A stretch of DNA of 64,000 nucleotides, taken from NCBI GenBank assembly GCA_033648345.1, contig GCA_033648345.1_4121.1; one strand, written 5' to 3'. A program made the position numbers and the translations under genes. The DNA is from a phage. The notes below the pieces were generated by a model. It did not search any database. It was not told where the DNA came from and was given only the letters and a program-made list of their open reading frames with translations. Below, one piece after another: positions 53,072 to 63,708 of the stretch. The number at the start of each line of letters is the position of its first letter. The stretch's first letter is position 1.

Positions 53072-53550
53072 TTACAACAGAATATGATTACGATGGTGTT
53101 TTAGAATTTGCATCTAACATTCATCGCATTGCAAAGGAGTTCAGAAGTCCCCAACCTTTCGGTGGAATGCCTTTTGGTGGAATGTTCCAATATGACCAAT
53201 TCAGTTCAACCAAAGGAAGACTTGCCTTTAAAAATAATAGGGACAATCAAGTATATGCTGAGTACTTTGACGATAATGACTTTCATTACAGAGGTGAATA
53301 TATTTCATATTGCCAAGGGTCCGATTTGAAGATTAACATTGATACATTTAGAGATTCAGTGTTTATCCCTTATAGTGAGTTAGTTTTCATGACAGAAGAA
53401 ATGTACTTCCAAGAGTCTTGTATTCATGATGCAAAAGTACTTAATGCTATATTACTTTATGGTGCACTACTTCATCATTACAAATACAAACAACGATTCT
53501 TTTTAGATTTAGATGTATACCATAAATGCGTGGATTATTTGAATGCATAA
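53068..53550 (+). CDS. FamC paralog (long form)
   Basis: TEEMYFQESCIHD. Confidence 0.65.
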   Translation: MITTEYDYDGVLEFASNIHRIAKEFRSPQPFGGMPFGGMFQYDQFSSTKGRLAFKNNRDNQVYAEYFDDNDFHYRGEYISYCQGSDLKINIDTFRDSVFIPYSELVFMTEEMYFQESCIHDAKVLNAILLYGALLHHYKYKQRFFLDLDVYHKCVDYLNA

Positions 53551-53905
53551 TACAACAACAATTCAGTACATGACGGATGGCAATGATTGCTTTGCTTCAA
53601 GATATGAATTCATCAAGAACCATTTCGTAACCTATATCCCTGAATATAATCAGTTTTATCTACAGATTTACCAAAATGATTCATATATGAATGAGATATA
53701 TTCTGAAATAAAAATCCCTGATTATAGTACTTTATCAGAAGAGGAATTGTTTCAGGAGAGCACTGTCAATACTGAAGATGTGTACGAACTAATGGAATAC
53801 CAGAAGGTACTTAAATATTTCCATGAAGTTCAGGATATACAAATGGATAGTGTTAAAACGTGGAATTATAACACATACGAGGTAAATTATGTTCGAAATG
53901 ATTAA
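53543..53905 (+). CDS. FamC paralog (short form)
   Basis: SEEELFQESTVNTED. Confidence 0.65.
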   Translation: MHNTTTIQYMTDGNDCFASRYEFIKNHFVTYIPEYNQFYLQIYQNDSYMNEIYSEIKIPDYSTLSEEELFQESTVNTEDVYELMEYQKVLKYFHEVQDIQMDSVKTWNYNTYEVNYVRND

Positions 53906-54302
53906 AATTATGCAACGATGCATTGTTGACCAACATGGAATATATGGATATAGTTTAAGTGCAGCTATTGACAAAAACAAAACAACCTATGTAAGCTATA
54001 ATGCAGTACTTGGATTTGATATATTCATTAATGCCAACAATAAAATCAAACAAGCCAAAGATGTATCTATAATGACCCCTGATGAGCTATTTCAGTACAG
54101 CTTAGTTCTGCCGGGCTGTATTGATTTACAACGCCTAGGAGCTATACAGAAGGTTTTACGCGAACATAAAGTACAACCAAATAAAATTACACACATTCCA
54201 GAAACATTCTACAAACCCATAGAAGTAGAAACACCTGATTATATGTTAAGTGATGATGAGTTCTACAAGAAACACTTCCCTGGTAAAGTTTGGAGAGACT
54301 AA
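53889..54302 (+). CDS. FamC paralog
   Basis: TPDELFQYSLVLPG. Confidence 0.65.
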   Translation: MFEMIKIMQRCIVDQHGIYGYSLSAAIDKNKTTYVSYNAVLGFDIFINANNKIKQAKDVSIMTPDELFQYSLVLPGCIDLQRLGAIQKVLREHKVQPNKITHIPETFYKPIEVETPDYMLSDDEFYKKHFPGKVWRD

Positions 54303-54784
54303 TGAACCGAAAGTACAGAGAAACTATGAAGTTCGCTAAGGAGTGTTTAGAGACAGTTGATTTCATTTTCGATAACAAAGACTCACTGGGTCATCACTTC
54401 GTAATTACAAAGAAAGAAGATAAGAGATACAAGTGTCAAAGATTAGGATACAGTATTGAGTTCTCCTTAATGATTGATGGAATGATAAACTCCTTATATG
54501 AATGTGGTAAGACTGATTACCTTTCATTTAGATCATGGAGTGAAGGTATCATGTTCTTGAGAACAAATGGAGTTTTATATCCGTTTCTTGATGATTTATC
54601 AGAAGAAAGTTACTTTCAAAATAGTTTAATTTACACAGAAAAAGAACTCAAGATGCTATTCATTATGTCGTACTTTAAAAAGTACTGCAATTTTAAATCA
54701 TTATCTTTTGAGATCTCTGCAATGAAAGTATTCATTAAAAATGTAAAAGAATTAAAGAGGATTTACGATGTACATAGAAAATGA
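54290..54784 (+). CDS. FamC paralog (long form)
   Basis: SEESYFQNSLIYTEKELKMLFIMSYF. Confidence 0.65.
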   Translation: MERLMNRKYRETMKFAKECLETVDFIFDNKDSLGHHFVITKKEDKRYKCQRLGYSIEFSLMIDGMINSLYECGKTDYLSFRSWSEGIMFLRTNGVLYPFLDDLSEESYFQNSLIYTEKELKMLFIMSYFKKYCNFKSLSFEISAMKVFIKNVKELKRIYDVHRK

Positions 54785-55310
54785 TAATGTAAAATGCATT
54801 GCCGACATTTGTATAAAATTAATGAAAATTTTCATTAACCCAAAATACAAGACTCGTTCTTTACGTCATAATATTGATGATCATTGTGTAATTACTATTC
54901 TAGGTAGTATGCTTGATGTAAAGTACGATGGTAAATTGTTATTCGGTATACGAGAAGAGAAGATAGATGATGTCTTCTTTTCTCCTAAAGATAAGTTTGA
55001 ACCTTCTGATTATAAAGTAATTATTCGTGATGATAGTATCTACATTAGTAGTGACTATTCAAATTACGTCGAACAGATATACACTGAAAATGTTGACTAC
55101 AACCATGAACTACTAGATTTACCAACATCAGACATAGATATGGAGAGAATCAAATTTTCATTATCAAATAATGAGTACTTAGGTATACAAACATATTATG
55201 CACTTCAGGGAAAGATTCCACCTGCGATGTATATAAGAATTGAGATTGGTAATGTATTCAGTGATACGGTTATATCAATTGCTGATAAAATATTGAAGGT
55301 ACAATTATGA
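54768..55310 (+). CDS. FamC-like protein (degenerate motif)
   Basis: 180 aa track ORF in array context. Confidence 0.5.
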   Translation: MYIENDNVKCIADICIKLMKIFINPKYKTRSLRHNIDDHCVITILGSMLDVKYDGKLLFGIREEKIDDVFFSPKDKFEPSDYKVIIRDDSIYISSDYSNYVEQIYTENVDYNHELLDLPTSDIDMERIKFSLSNNEYLGIQTYYALQGKIPPAMYIRIEIGNVFSDTVISIADKILKVQL

Positions 55311-55864
55311 ATTTTACTAATTATAATTTACATAGACTTGAATTACGTCATTGTATTGCATTTGCAAAAACATTAATGTGCATCATTGATACACTATCAT
55401 CTAAAACTTTTCGAAAGGATAATGATTTATGCCTTAAAAAAGGTAAAGTACAAAAATACGATTATACAGATGAAACGTATTTTGATATCTTTTTGGGAAC
55501 AAATGATAGTACAAGAGTAGGATGTTTGGGAACAGTTGGGACACATTGCTTTACATGGAATCCAAATTCAAGTACAGTACGAATTGACACCAACGATACA
55601 TGTTATGCTGACCTTAGTACTGAATCTGATTTAGAATCAGTTATGTTCCAACACATGTTAATCCATAAACCAAATGAAATTCTTTATCTTGTTGCTTTTA
55701 GTTATCTCTTACAAAATTATAAATCAGGTTTTACTATTGAAACTGATATCGATGAGATTATGGATGAGATTCCTAGTTTAAAAGATATTCTTGAAGAAAA
55801 AGATTTCTATCAGGACTTTAGAGATTTATACAACATGCACAGGGAGTTATCTGATAATGAATAA
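55307..55864 (+). CDS. FamC paralog (long form)
   Basis: TESDLESVMFQHMLIHK. Confidence 0.6.
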   Translation: MNFTNYNLHRLELRHCIAFAKTLMCIIDTLSSKTFRKDNDLCLKKGKVQKYDYTDETYFDIFLGTNDSTRVGCLGTVGTHCFTWNPNSSTVRIDTNDTCYADLSTESDLESVMFQHMLIHKPNEILYLVAFSYLLQNYKSGFTIETDIDEIMDEIPSLKDILEEKDFYQDFRDLYNMHRELSDNE

Positions 55865-56375
55865 AGATGATATTCTAATCAGACTAATCAACAGTCTGTT
55901 AAAATTCGTGAATAGTGATAGTGATACACACAATGTAGGTGACATTGAATTCAAATCATTTGGAATGTACGGTGAGGACAAAACATATTATGCATCAATG
56001 AAATTCCAAGATTATTATGAAATGTTAATTGCGTTAACATACGAAGATGTGGACCCAAGATGGAGTTCCAGTATTTCTCTGTCGAGAATGGTAATTCGTA
56101 GTAAACATCGTTACATTTCGTCAAAGAATACTCCTAATTTGTTTGATATTGTTTTGAATGAAAATACCAACCCCCCATCTAAACATGATATCGTACCTTT
56201 AACTGATGAAGTACAGTTTCAATTGAGTACCATTTGTGATGAAGATGTGATATCATGTATGAAAATTTACGAGAAGATTGGTAGTGATATCCCTAAGAAC
56301 TATTACATAACAATAGATGGAACGTACCTCCGAGATGAGGCTCTAGCGTACATTGACAGCGTTTTACCAAAATAA
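55857..56375 (+). CDS. FamC paralog (long form)
   Basis: TDEVQFQLSTICDED; start moved to MNKDDIL. Confidence 0.6.
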   Translation: MNKDDILIRLINSLLKFVNSDSDTHNVGDIEFKSFGMYGEDKTYYASMKFQDYYEMLIALTYEDVDPRWSSSISLSRMVIRSKHRYISSKNTPNLFDIVLNENTNPPSKHDIVPLTDEVQFQLSTICDEDVISCMKIYEKIGSDIPKNYYITIDGTYLRDEALAYIDSVLPK

Positions 56376-56400
56376 AGACCCTTATGGGTCTTTTTGTGTT
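56375..56400 (+). terminator. Rho-independent terminator
   Basis: AAGACCC-TTAT-GGGTCTT followed by TTTTGTGTTT. Confidence 0.7.
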
Positions 56401-56406
56401 TAGTGC

Positions 56407-56435
56407 TTTACATGAGCATTCAGGTGTGTTATAAT
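56407..56435 (+). promoter_or_regulatory. sigma70-type promoter with extended -10
   Basis: TTTACA-17-TGTTATAAT. Confidence 0.55.
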
Positions 56436-56462
56436 CGCTTTTAACAGAGTACAGGAGAAGAT

Positions 56463-57026
56463 ATGAGTACTGAATTAATTAAAGAAATCACATTGTTGGT
56501 AAAGCATTGTTTTAAGTTCATTGATGATAATGGTTCACGCCAGTACATTAAAGTTAATGAGAAATATAACATTAACGTCCTAAAGAATGAAACCGTTAAC
56601 AGTTATGCAAACATTGAGTTAGATGTTGAGGACAAATACACAGCATTACACATCATTTCGTCCGGCGATAGAAAACAAGATTATCGTTCTACATTTTATG
56701 ATGATAGTGTTACTGTTGGTTATAAATTTCATAAAAATAAAATTGCCTATAAGAATACATACACACATGAAGTAATTGAAGAGTACAATTATAAAATTAA
56801 AAAAGACGAGTACGATGTACTTTTATTCAATGCGAACCTCATACACAACGCTGGTACTGTTCGCAATCTTATGTTAGCATATGAAATTCCAAAGATTATA
56901 GAAAGAAATGAATTGATAATCTTTAAAACTATATTAAAATTCAGTACAGAAGAATTAGAAGATCTAGTACTGGCTCTTAAGACGTTCATCAATGAACATG
57001 TACCTGTTAAATTAGAGGACTTATAA
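56463..57026 (+). CDS. FamC-like protein (degenerate motif)
   Basis: 187 aa ORF after promoter and SD AGGAGAAG. Confidence 0.55.
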   Translation: MSTELIKEITLLVKHCFKFIDDNGSRQYIKVNEKYNINVLKNETVNSYANIELDVEDKYTALHIISSGDRKQDYRSTFYDDSVTVGYKFHKNKIAYKNTYTHEVIEEYNYKIKKDEYDVLLFNANLIHNAGTVRNLMLAYEIPKIIERNELIIFKTILKFSTEELEDLVLALKTFINEHVPVKLEDL

Positions 57027-57610
57027 TGCAAGCTGAACACATTCAAATTATGAAATTGATGCATGACATTGCAGAACTATCTGAAAAGCACAACATTACT
57101 GAACATGAGCCTATTGGAAATTATCGTCTTAAAGTTGAATGCAAATCACCATATCGTTTTGGTTCAGTAGTACTGGAGTCTTATAAAGTTTACGATTATG
57201 GAACGACGAAAAAAGGTTCATGGGATACTATGGCAATGTATATCCGAACATCAAGGCATAGTGAGCAAATCGGTTCCATTACTCCAAACATGATATTTGT
57301 CAATGCTTTACACGAAGATATTAATCGAATTGTTGAATCTAATTTTGATGACGTAGAGAATGATACATATTTGGAAATTCCACCAGAACTAGATCAATGT
57401 GAAGACATTCGCGAAGGATACATTTTTCAGAGATCAGTACTTGACAACTTCAAGGAATTTGAGTACATGATGCTTTGCTATGAAACTGCAAAAGCTATTG
57501 ACACTGGTGAATTGGTAATGTATAGTAAGTTCATTAACTGTGAATCCGATACATTAAAAGAGCTACACACGGCAATCAAAAACATCAAGGATACATATGA
57601 ACGCTTATAG
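57026..57610 (+). CDS. FamC paralog (long form)
   Basis: REGYIFQRSVLDNF. Confidence 0.65.
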   Translation: MQAEHIQIMKLMHDIAELSEKHNITEHEPIGNYRLKVECKSPYRFGSVVLESYKVYDYGTTKKGSWDTMAMYIRTSRHSEQIGSITPNMIFVNALHEDINRIVESNFDDVENDTYLEIPPELDQCEDIREGYIFQRSVLDNFKEFEYMMLCYETAKAIDTGELVMYSKFINCESDTLKELHTAIKNIKDTYERL

Positions 57611-58175
57611 TTATATGACAGCCCGACACCAACAGCTATATGATATCAGTACAAAAATGTTATCAATTGTTAGTAGTGCAAAAGAAATTGAAAAACAATA
57701 CCTCATCCGTGATGTAGCAATTTCATCTAAATGTTGGTCCAATGAATATTACGATCACGGTATTCTTACTATTTCTGGGGCTAGAAATATTTGTATTGTA
57801 AAAAATAAAAATAAAAGTAATGAAGAGTGTGAGATTAGAACCGATATACAAATTAAGGATGATGGAAGTTTTTCACACCACCCATTCCATATTAGTACTA
57901 TTGGTGTTTTATATAATATTAAAGTACTATTCGGTGATGAAGAGTATGTGTTAAAAGCTATCAATCCAGATTCAAGTACAGTTGAAGAAGAACTGTTCCA
58001 GATGAGCACTGTTATACCTGAAGAGGTTCTTAGTACTGTTATTTTTTGTAGTTTAATTTATCACACATACAAAAAGTACCAGTTCGATTTCCACATTTTA
58101 GGAACGTACATCTTCAATACTTTGAATGTTGATCGTTTAAAAGCATTAAATGCAGCAATGGATAAGGTGCTATAA
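57597..58175 (+). CDS. FamC paralog (long form)
   Basis: VEEELFQMSTVIPEE. Confidence 0.65.
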   Translation: MNAYSYMTARHQQLYDISTKMLSIVSSAKEIEKQYLIRDVAISSKCWSNEYYDHGILTISGARNICIVKNKNKSNEECEIRTDIQIKDDGSFSHHPFHISTIGVLYNIKVLFGDEEYVLKAINPDSSTVEEELFQMSTVIPEEVLSTVIFCSLIYHTYKKYQFDFHILGTYIFNTLNVDRLKALNAAMDKVL

Positions 58176-58603
58176 TGACAAGAGATGAATGCTTATACAT
58201 ATGGGATATAATTGAAACTACACTTTCAAATCCAGAAAATTATAAAACAAAAAAAAGACAACGACACAAAATATGGATAGATTTGTTCGTTGAGGGCATA
58301 CACGCAGTGACTATTTGGGATTCACCGAGGGCATCATCATCTACTCTGTTGGACAATGAATGCATTGATTGCATTAATTCCACTTTTCATCTCCACGGTA
58401 CTACATATTTCGGCACATTTCTGGATATTGAAAGTAAAGATGATATTGATTCACTTGCTTTACAATACGGAGTACTGTATGATACTAAATTAATTTACGA
58501 TTTAGTACTAGCTTCTTATGTGTATAAATTAATGATGAAATATAATCATATTTCAGTTTCAGTTTATACTAAGGATATTCTTTCATTAAGAGACAAAACA
58601 TGA
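58175..58603 (+). CDS. FamC-like protein (degenerate motif)
   Basis: SLALQYGVLYD in motif position. Confidence 0.5.
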   Translation: MTRDECLYIWDIIETTLSNPENYKTKKRQRHKIWIDLFVEGIHAVTIWDSPRASSSTLLDNECIDCINSTFHLHGTTYFGTFLDIESKDDIDSLALQYGVLYDTKLIYDLVLASYVYKLMMKYNHISVSVYTKDILSLRDKT

Positions 58604-59106
58604 GTTTATTAAATGCACGAGAATTAGTTGAGATGTATGAGATCTTATCTTCATATAAAAATTCTCCAAAAGATGTAATTCTCAACAAAAAGTTCCATGT
58701 CAATGTTGATCATATGAAAAATATAGATATGATTTCTTTAGTGGAAAGTCGTAAATCGGGTCTTGAGCGTGATATCATGCGTTTGATTTATATTACCAAA
58801 CCATCATATACTAATGATAGTTCAATTAGTAATGAGACGTTTTTGTACACTCCTTATACTGATTGTACTTTAGTTTCAATGTCTAATCAGAAACAAGATA
58901 CTATCCAATTCATCAATACCAGTACTGATAACATTGAAGAAAATGAATTCCAAAACAATACATTAAGTTCATGTAGTAGTGTTATAACCTTTATGTCATA
59001 TCTGTGGTCAATCAAATCAAATGCAATTGTATATAGTTCTAATTACACACAAGATAGTATTGTTGAATCATTTAAAGTTCTAAAGGAATACTATGAAAAT
59101 AACTAA
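58600..59106 (+). CDS. FamC paralog (long form)
   Basis: IEENEFQNNTLSS. Confidence 0.6.
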   Translation: MSLLNARELVEMYEILSSYKNSPKDVILNKKFHVNVDHMKNIDMISLVESRKSGLERDIMRLIYITKPSYTNDSSISNETFLYTPYTDCTLVSMSNQKQDTIQFINTSTDNIEENEFQNNTLSSCSSVITFMSYLWSIKSNAIVYSSNYTQDSIVESFKVLKEYYENN

Positions 59107-59674
59107 TGATTTTATTAGAAGCTTAGTGCACCCTATGCTTGGTGTTATGAAAAAACTACAGACTCTACCTGAAGACAACGATTACAAGTTTAATCGTTTT
59201 GATTCGGATGTGTTTTGTATTGAAATGGAAATTAATAACAATCGTTATTTTCATTTAAAATTCAAAGAATCGTCGAGTTCGCACTACAACTTTGACATGA
59301 ATTTTAAAATAAGCAATGATATTGAAGAAAACGCAATATCAAATCATATTAGCAGAAATGGTTTCATGCATAGAACTAATATGTTCAATAATAAAAACAG
59401 TATTATATCTAAATGGAATCATCAATTCACTAAAATTTGTGATATTGATTGCAGTACATTTGGTGAAGAACAATACTTTCAGTTAAGTACAATACATGAA
59501 CTTCCACCATATGATTGTGTAAAAACATGGTTTGATATTCATAATATAATTGATGATGCAATCGTACTTCCATTTGGGTTGTCAATATCATATACTGCAC
59601 CTAAAACGTTTGTTTTTACTGAAGATATGATTATGAAAAAGATATGGGCGATGATCCCACTTATGCTTGATTAA
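59093..59674 (+). CDS. FamC paralog (long form)
   Basis: GEEQYFQLSTIHEL. Confidence 0.65.
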   Translation: MKITNDFIRSLVHPMLGVMKKLQTLPEDNDYKFNRFDSDVFCIEMEINNNRYFHLKFKESSSSHYNFDMNFKISNDIEENAISNHISRNGFMHRTNMFNNKNSIISKWNHQFTKICDIDCSTFGEEQYFQLSTIHELPPYDCVKTWFDIHNIIDDAIVLPFGLSISYTAPKTFVFTEDMIMKKIWAMIPLMLD

Positions 59675-59685
59675 CGGAGAACTAC

Positions 59686-60237
59686 ATGAATCAAAGTCAT
59701 GATCTTTTTAAATTATGTGCATCCAAAGATGTGGAAGGATGGGCAGATAAAATCAATACAATTATTAACCGTTATCTTGGCTTCTGTGCACGATCACGAA
59801 GTGAAGGTTCAATGCGTTTCCAAATAACCATGACAATCGATGGTGTTACGATTTATGTCAACGAAGAACGTCTTGGTATTAATCTCTATGATAGTTGTGT
59901 CTTTGCTATTCACCAGAAAATGGGGGCAGGTTGGGGTTGTAATAATATGAACACCAATGCATTTTTCTGGGTAGGTCATAGCAACACAGTACTTGATCCT
60001 TCAAAGAAATCAAACCTTTTAGATGATAATTTGGTATATGATTTAGCTTACTCTGAAGAACAACATTTCCAGTTAAGTACATTGCATAATTTAGTCAAAT
60101 ATGAAGATTGTATCAAAGCATTAGAATTATGCCATTCACTTGAACTTAAAGAAAAATTGATACAAATTTACCCATTGTTCTTCCATGAAGAAGTACAATG
60201 CACACTAGATCATATTTTATATGGGTACGACAAATGA
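59686..60237 (+). CDS. FamC paralog (long form)
   Basis: SEEQHFQLSTLHNL. Confidence 0.65.
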   Translation: MNQSHDLFKLCASKDVEGWADKINTIINRYLGFCARSRSEGSMRFQITMTIDGVTIYVNEERLGINLYDSCVFAIHQKMGAGWGCNNMNTNAFFWVGHSNTVLDPSKKSNLLDDNLVYDLAYSEEQHFQLSTLHNLVKYEDCIKALELCHSLELKEKLIQIYPLFFHEEVQCTLDHILYGYDK

Positions 60238-60836
60238 GAAAAAGTTATCAAGAAGCTATTGACCTAATTCGAGAAGTTATTAAGGCGGCTCCAGGTGCGA
60301 TAGCATTCAAGAAGTCCCTATATAAAAAGTATGGTCCCATGTCAAGTATGTGCTGTCAAAAGAAACGTAGTAAATTTACTACGCAGTACTGGCATGATTC
60401 TATTATCCTGAGTAATGAACATCAGCGTATTTTAACAATCGAATCAGTAGATAATCAATATGGTGAAGGAATGATTTGTGTTCCTGACTATGATGAAATT
60501 AATTTCAATTGTGGAGATTATGAGACAACATTATTATTACACGAGGGTTACCCTGAAGGTGATGTAATGGCAGAGTATAATCCAAAAACCAAAATACTGA
60601 AACGTGGTATGCAGTTCAAAATCAATAACAAAGATGATGTGGAAGCAGCACTAATGCAACTTAGTACTAGTGAACCTATCACTATTGATGTAGAAGAGTT
60701 ATGGGGCATCATTTCAGTACTTAATGAGTGTTATAAAATTAAATCATTACATAAGTACTCTATCATTTTACATACTAATTGTGCAATGATAAAATGCAAG
60801 AACATACAAGAGATGGTGGTTCCAGATGAACTTTAA
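60234..60836 (+). CDS. FamC paralog (long form, divergent motif)
   Basis: VEAALMQLSTSEP; start moved to MRKSYQ. Confidence 0.55.
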   Translation: MRKSYQEAIDLIREVIKAAPGAIAFKKSLYKKYGPMSSMCCQKKRSKFTTQYWHDSIILSNEHQRILTIESVDNQYGEGMICVPDYDEINFNCGDYETTLLLHEGYPEGDVMAEYNPKTKILKRGMQFKINNKDDVEAALMQLSTSEPITIDVEELWGIISVLNECYKIKSLHKYSIILHTNCAMIKCKNIQEMVVPDEL

Positions 60837-61410
60837 AGAAATAGAAAGTAAAATTAAGTACTTCAAAGATATTAAAAAACTTTGGGAAAAGTATAAAATT
60901 GATTATCAGTTCCAAGATGATGATACTGTTCAAAGCATTGATATTAATATTCGTGTGAAGTTTAAGAATGGCAATTATGGCGAAGTTAAATTGAATGCTA
61001 TTGGTGTATTCCTTAAGGATTATGATGGTTCTTCACTCGCTCAATTCGATTTCACACCTGATCCTGATGATATGTTATTGAGTGAAGTCAATGCATATGA
61101 CCTTGAGATGTTTAATGGTAAACCTTTACTATTCCGCTTATCAGATGAATGGGATGAGGTTTACTACACATACAAAGATGGTGTGATTCGAGACGTAAAT
61201 GATGAAGTAGTAAATGATATGGAAGAACGTCTATTTCAAGAATCATGTGTGTCATCGGAGTCATATACATATCAATATCTACTTGACATGTTCGATTTGT
61301 ATAGTAAAATAGATTCAGAAATGAGTACATTGGGTATTCATTATCTTACAATCAACGACTTTGCACAACTTGAAACAGCGGTTAAAGCACTGGTCAAAGT
61401 ACTGAAATAG
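60826..61410 (+). CDS. FamC paralog (long form)
   Basis: MEERLFQESCVSSE. Confidence 0.65.
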   Translation: MNFKEIESKIKYFKDIKKLWEKYKIDYQFQDDDTVQSIDINIRVKFKNGNYGEVKLNAIGVFLKDYDGSSLAQFDFTPDPDDMLLSEVNAYDLEMFNGKPLLFRLSDEWDEVYYTYKDGVIRDVNDEVVNDMEERLFQESCVSSESYTYQYLLDMFDLYSKIDSEMSTLGIHYLTINDFAQLETAVKALVKVLK

Positions 61411-61419
61411 GAATGAATA

Positions 61420-61833
61420 ATGAAACTGTATCATGCGAGTACTGTAAAAATTGATAACTTTTATATCCCGTATGGTGGCCTTCATATGGGAGGTAAACAC
61501 AGTGCTTTAGAAGCTGCATTACGCAAACTGAGAAGCCCACTAAACGTCGTTGACGCTGATACAGTATACTTGCATACCTTAGAAGTTGATGTTGATAACG
61601 TGCTTCTATGGACGGATATGGGCAGTGATGATGAATGGCGTGGAGTGATTGAGTACTGCGAAATTAACGGCTATGATGCAGTTCAGTACCAAAACGATTA
61701 CGAACCAGATACAGTTCCTAGCTATATGATTTGGGATACGTCTAAGGTTCGCATTATTGAAGTTGATGCGATGCATATGGATGAAGCTGAAATGATCATC
61801 GAAGATTTCCTTGATGAATATGAAGGTGTATAA
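61420..61833 (+). CDS. Hypothetical protein (137 aa), no family motif
   Basis: Track ORF; locally higher GC than neighbours. Confidence 0.55.
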   Translation: MKLYHASTVKIDNFYIPYGGLHMGGKHSALEAALRKLRSPLNVVDADTVYLHTLEVDVDNVLLWTDMGSDDEWRGVIEYCEINGYDAVQYQNDYEPDTVPSYMIWDTSKVRIIEVDAMHMDEAEMIIEDFLDEYEGV

Positions 61834-62351
61834 TGATTGAACCTATGACAGTACTAGCACGTACTAAATTATTATTGAAGATTGGTGAGATATTCACTGA
61901 TATTTTGTACAGTGGGATTGATATACATGAATTAGGCATTAAGCAACCGTGGGAAATAACCAAGTTCTCTGCGTTCTATCGTTTATCATATAAAGGGGAA
62001 ACGGTTCTGGACTGGAACCCCAAAGCCAAATTCATGGAATATGCGGCGTTATATGGAAGCAATGGTGGTATAACAAATAATTTTAAAGAAATTAAAGTCC
62101 TAATTGGGTCAAAGGAATTTAATGATCTACTATATCCAGAATTTAAGTTAACAGAAGAATTAATATTTCAGTACTCTTTGATTTTAAAAGATCTTAATGA
62201 TTTAGAGTACTACAAAGAGTTAGTAGATATTTTTATTAATACTCGACTTTCAAAAGATATTGTGATATTCTGGTATGTTGAGTATGTTACAGAGGAATTG
62301 CTTGAAGAATTTCTTCTAAATATGACAGCAATCAAGGAGAAGTTATGTTAG
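61833..62351 (+). CDS. FamC paralog (long form)
   Basis: TEELIFQYSLILKD. Confidence 0.65.
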   Translation: MIEPMTVLARTKLLLKIGEIFTDILYSGIDIHELGIKQPWEITKFSAFYRLSYKGETVLDWNPKAKFMEYAALYGSNGGITNNFKEIKVLIGSKEFNDLLYPEFKLTEELIFQYSLILKDLNDLEYYKELVDIFINTRLSKDIVIFWYVEYVTEELLEEFLLNMTAIKEKLC

Positions 62352-62818
62352 ACATTTTAGGAAACATCGATACAGCAAATTATTTTATTCAAGATGCACT
62401 GTTCAATACAGTACAGAAAGGGTTGGATGTACGATGTAATATCCATCAGGGAGATGGGTATTTTGTTGATATCACAGAAACACGCAAGAACGTGTTCAAT
62501 TTAAACATTACCACATTAGCACGTCAGAACATTGCACGCATTCTGGTTAATAAAGATGAAATAGTTCTTCGTTATAATTCCAAATTCTTATTCACATACA
62601 AGAAGAAGACTGACATGTTCAGTACTAATTTGTTTGATGAACCCTTCAATCTGGAAGACTTAGAAGCAACTTTCTTTACACAGAACACTATGCTGAAATT
62701 CAATGATGTTGAATTTTCATCAGAAGTAATGTCTGAAACACTACAAATGGTTAAGGTAGTATTCTATGCTTTTCAACAGTTTAACGAAGAACGAAACAAG
62801 GTTAACAACAACAGATGA
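62345..62818 (+). CDS. FamC paralog (divergent motif)
   Basis: LEATFFTQNTMLKF. Confidence 0.55.
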   Translation: MLDILGNIDTANYFIQDALFNTVQKGLDVRCNIHQGDGYFVDITETRKNVFNLNITTLARQNIARILVNKDEIVLRYNSKFLFTYKKKTDMFSTNLFDEPFNLEDLEATFFTQNTMLKFNDVEFSSEVMSETLQMVKVVFYAFQQFNEERNKVNNNR

Positions 62819-63179
62819 ACTAATCGCGGCGATGGGAGCCAATGAGAAATACTTCAATGGGATTCATTTTTTTAAAACAGATCTTAGTGAAAGTAAAGTA
62901 CTATATGTGTATGGTTCCCAGTACTGCATTGTCACAAAGCACCCAGATTCGATTTCACTAAAATTTAACACTTATTCAAAAAACTTCTTGACGATTAATA
63001 AAAGCAATGTTACTATGTCTGGTATAGGGAATCAGGTTGTTGAGATTCCTTTGGACTCAATTGATTCTATTGAGTTCTTTCAATACGAGTGCTTAGGTGT
63101 TGATTTTGGTACTGTCAGTACTGAATCTATGCGAACATTAATTAATTTACTTAAAGGTAAAGTTCATGCTTTTAACTAA
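62766..63179 (+). CDS. FamC paralog
   Basis: DSIEFFQYECLGVD; start uncertain (52-nt overlap with upstream gene). Confidence 0.5.
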   Translation: MLFNSLTKNETRLTTTDELIAAMGANEKYFNGIHFFKTDLSESKVLYVYGSQYCIVTKHPDSISLKFNTYSKNFLTINKSNVTMSGIGNQVVEIPLDSIDSIEFFQYECLGVDFGTVSTESMRTLINLLKGKVHAFN

Positions 63180-63666
63180 TTCGATGAAGAATTCATTTAA
63201 AATTATCAAAGAAATACTAAATGGGTCTAAAACTTCTAGTGGGTCTTCCTTTACTAGTGACCAGATCCAACACAGTACAAAGGATTGTACTGTAATCTTT
63301 GGGTTACATAGTCTGCGTTTGACAATAGTAAATAATATTGATAACACAGCAATTGTAATCACCCCATGTCATATTCAGAATGAAACAGGTGCATACTTAC
63401 ACCACATGGGGACTGTATTCTACATCTTCAATACTGAAGAAAACATTGTTAAAGAATACAACACACTCAATGTTGATGCAGGTGAGTTATTCCAATTGAG
63501 TACTGTCAATGATTGTAACTTCAGTGACAATGCAGAAGTACTTCCATTGTTTCTAAGTCTTCTCAATAACATGGAAAAACTAACCATTGCATACAACAAA
63601 AGTGACGTACCGCAAGCAGTATTGAATATCACCGAAGCAATGGAGAAATACAAAGCTGTGACCTAA
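63166..63666 (+). CDS. FamC paralog
   Basis: DAGELFQLSTVNDCN. Confidence 0.65.
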   Translation: MLLTNSMKNSFKIIKEILNGSKTSSGSSFTSDQIQHSTKDCTVIFGLHSLRLTIVNNIDNTAIVITPCHIQNETGAYLHHMGTVFYIFNTEENIVKEYNTLNVDAGELFQLSTVNDCNFSDNAEVLPLFLSLLNNMEKLTIAYNKSDVPQAVLNITEAMEKYKAVT

Positions 63667-63708
63667 TATATGTGCACATGGAGTGCCTTTGAAGATCAAG
63701 GATAGATC

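Noticed and set aside
3628-63653. Minus-strand track ORFs inside the arrays and early block (for example 3628..3819, 4063..4263, 5727..5954, 10064..10258, 21491..21901, 53789..53980, 63420..63653)
   Set aside because: They fully overlap well-supported + strand genes, lack promoters and SD sequences, and have low-complexity or hydrophobic translations typical of antisense frames in AT-rich DNA.
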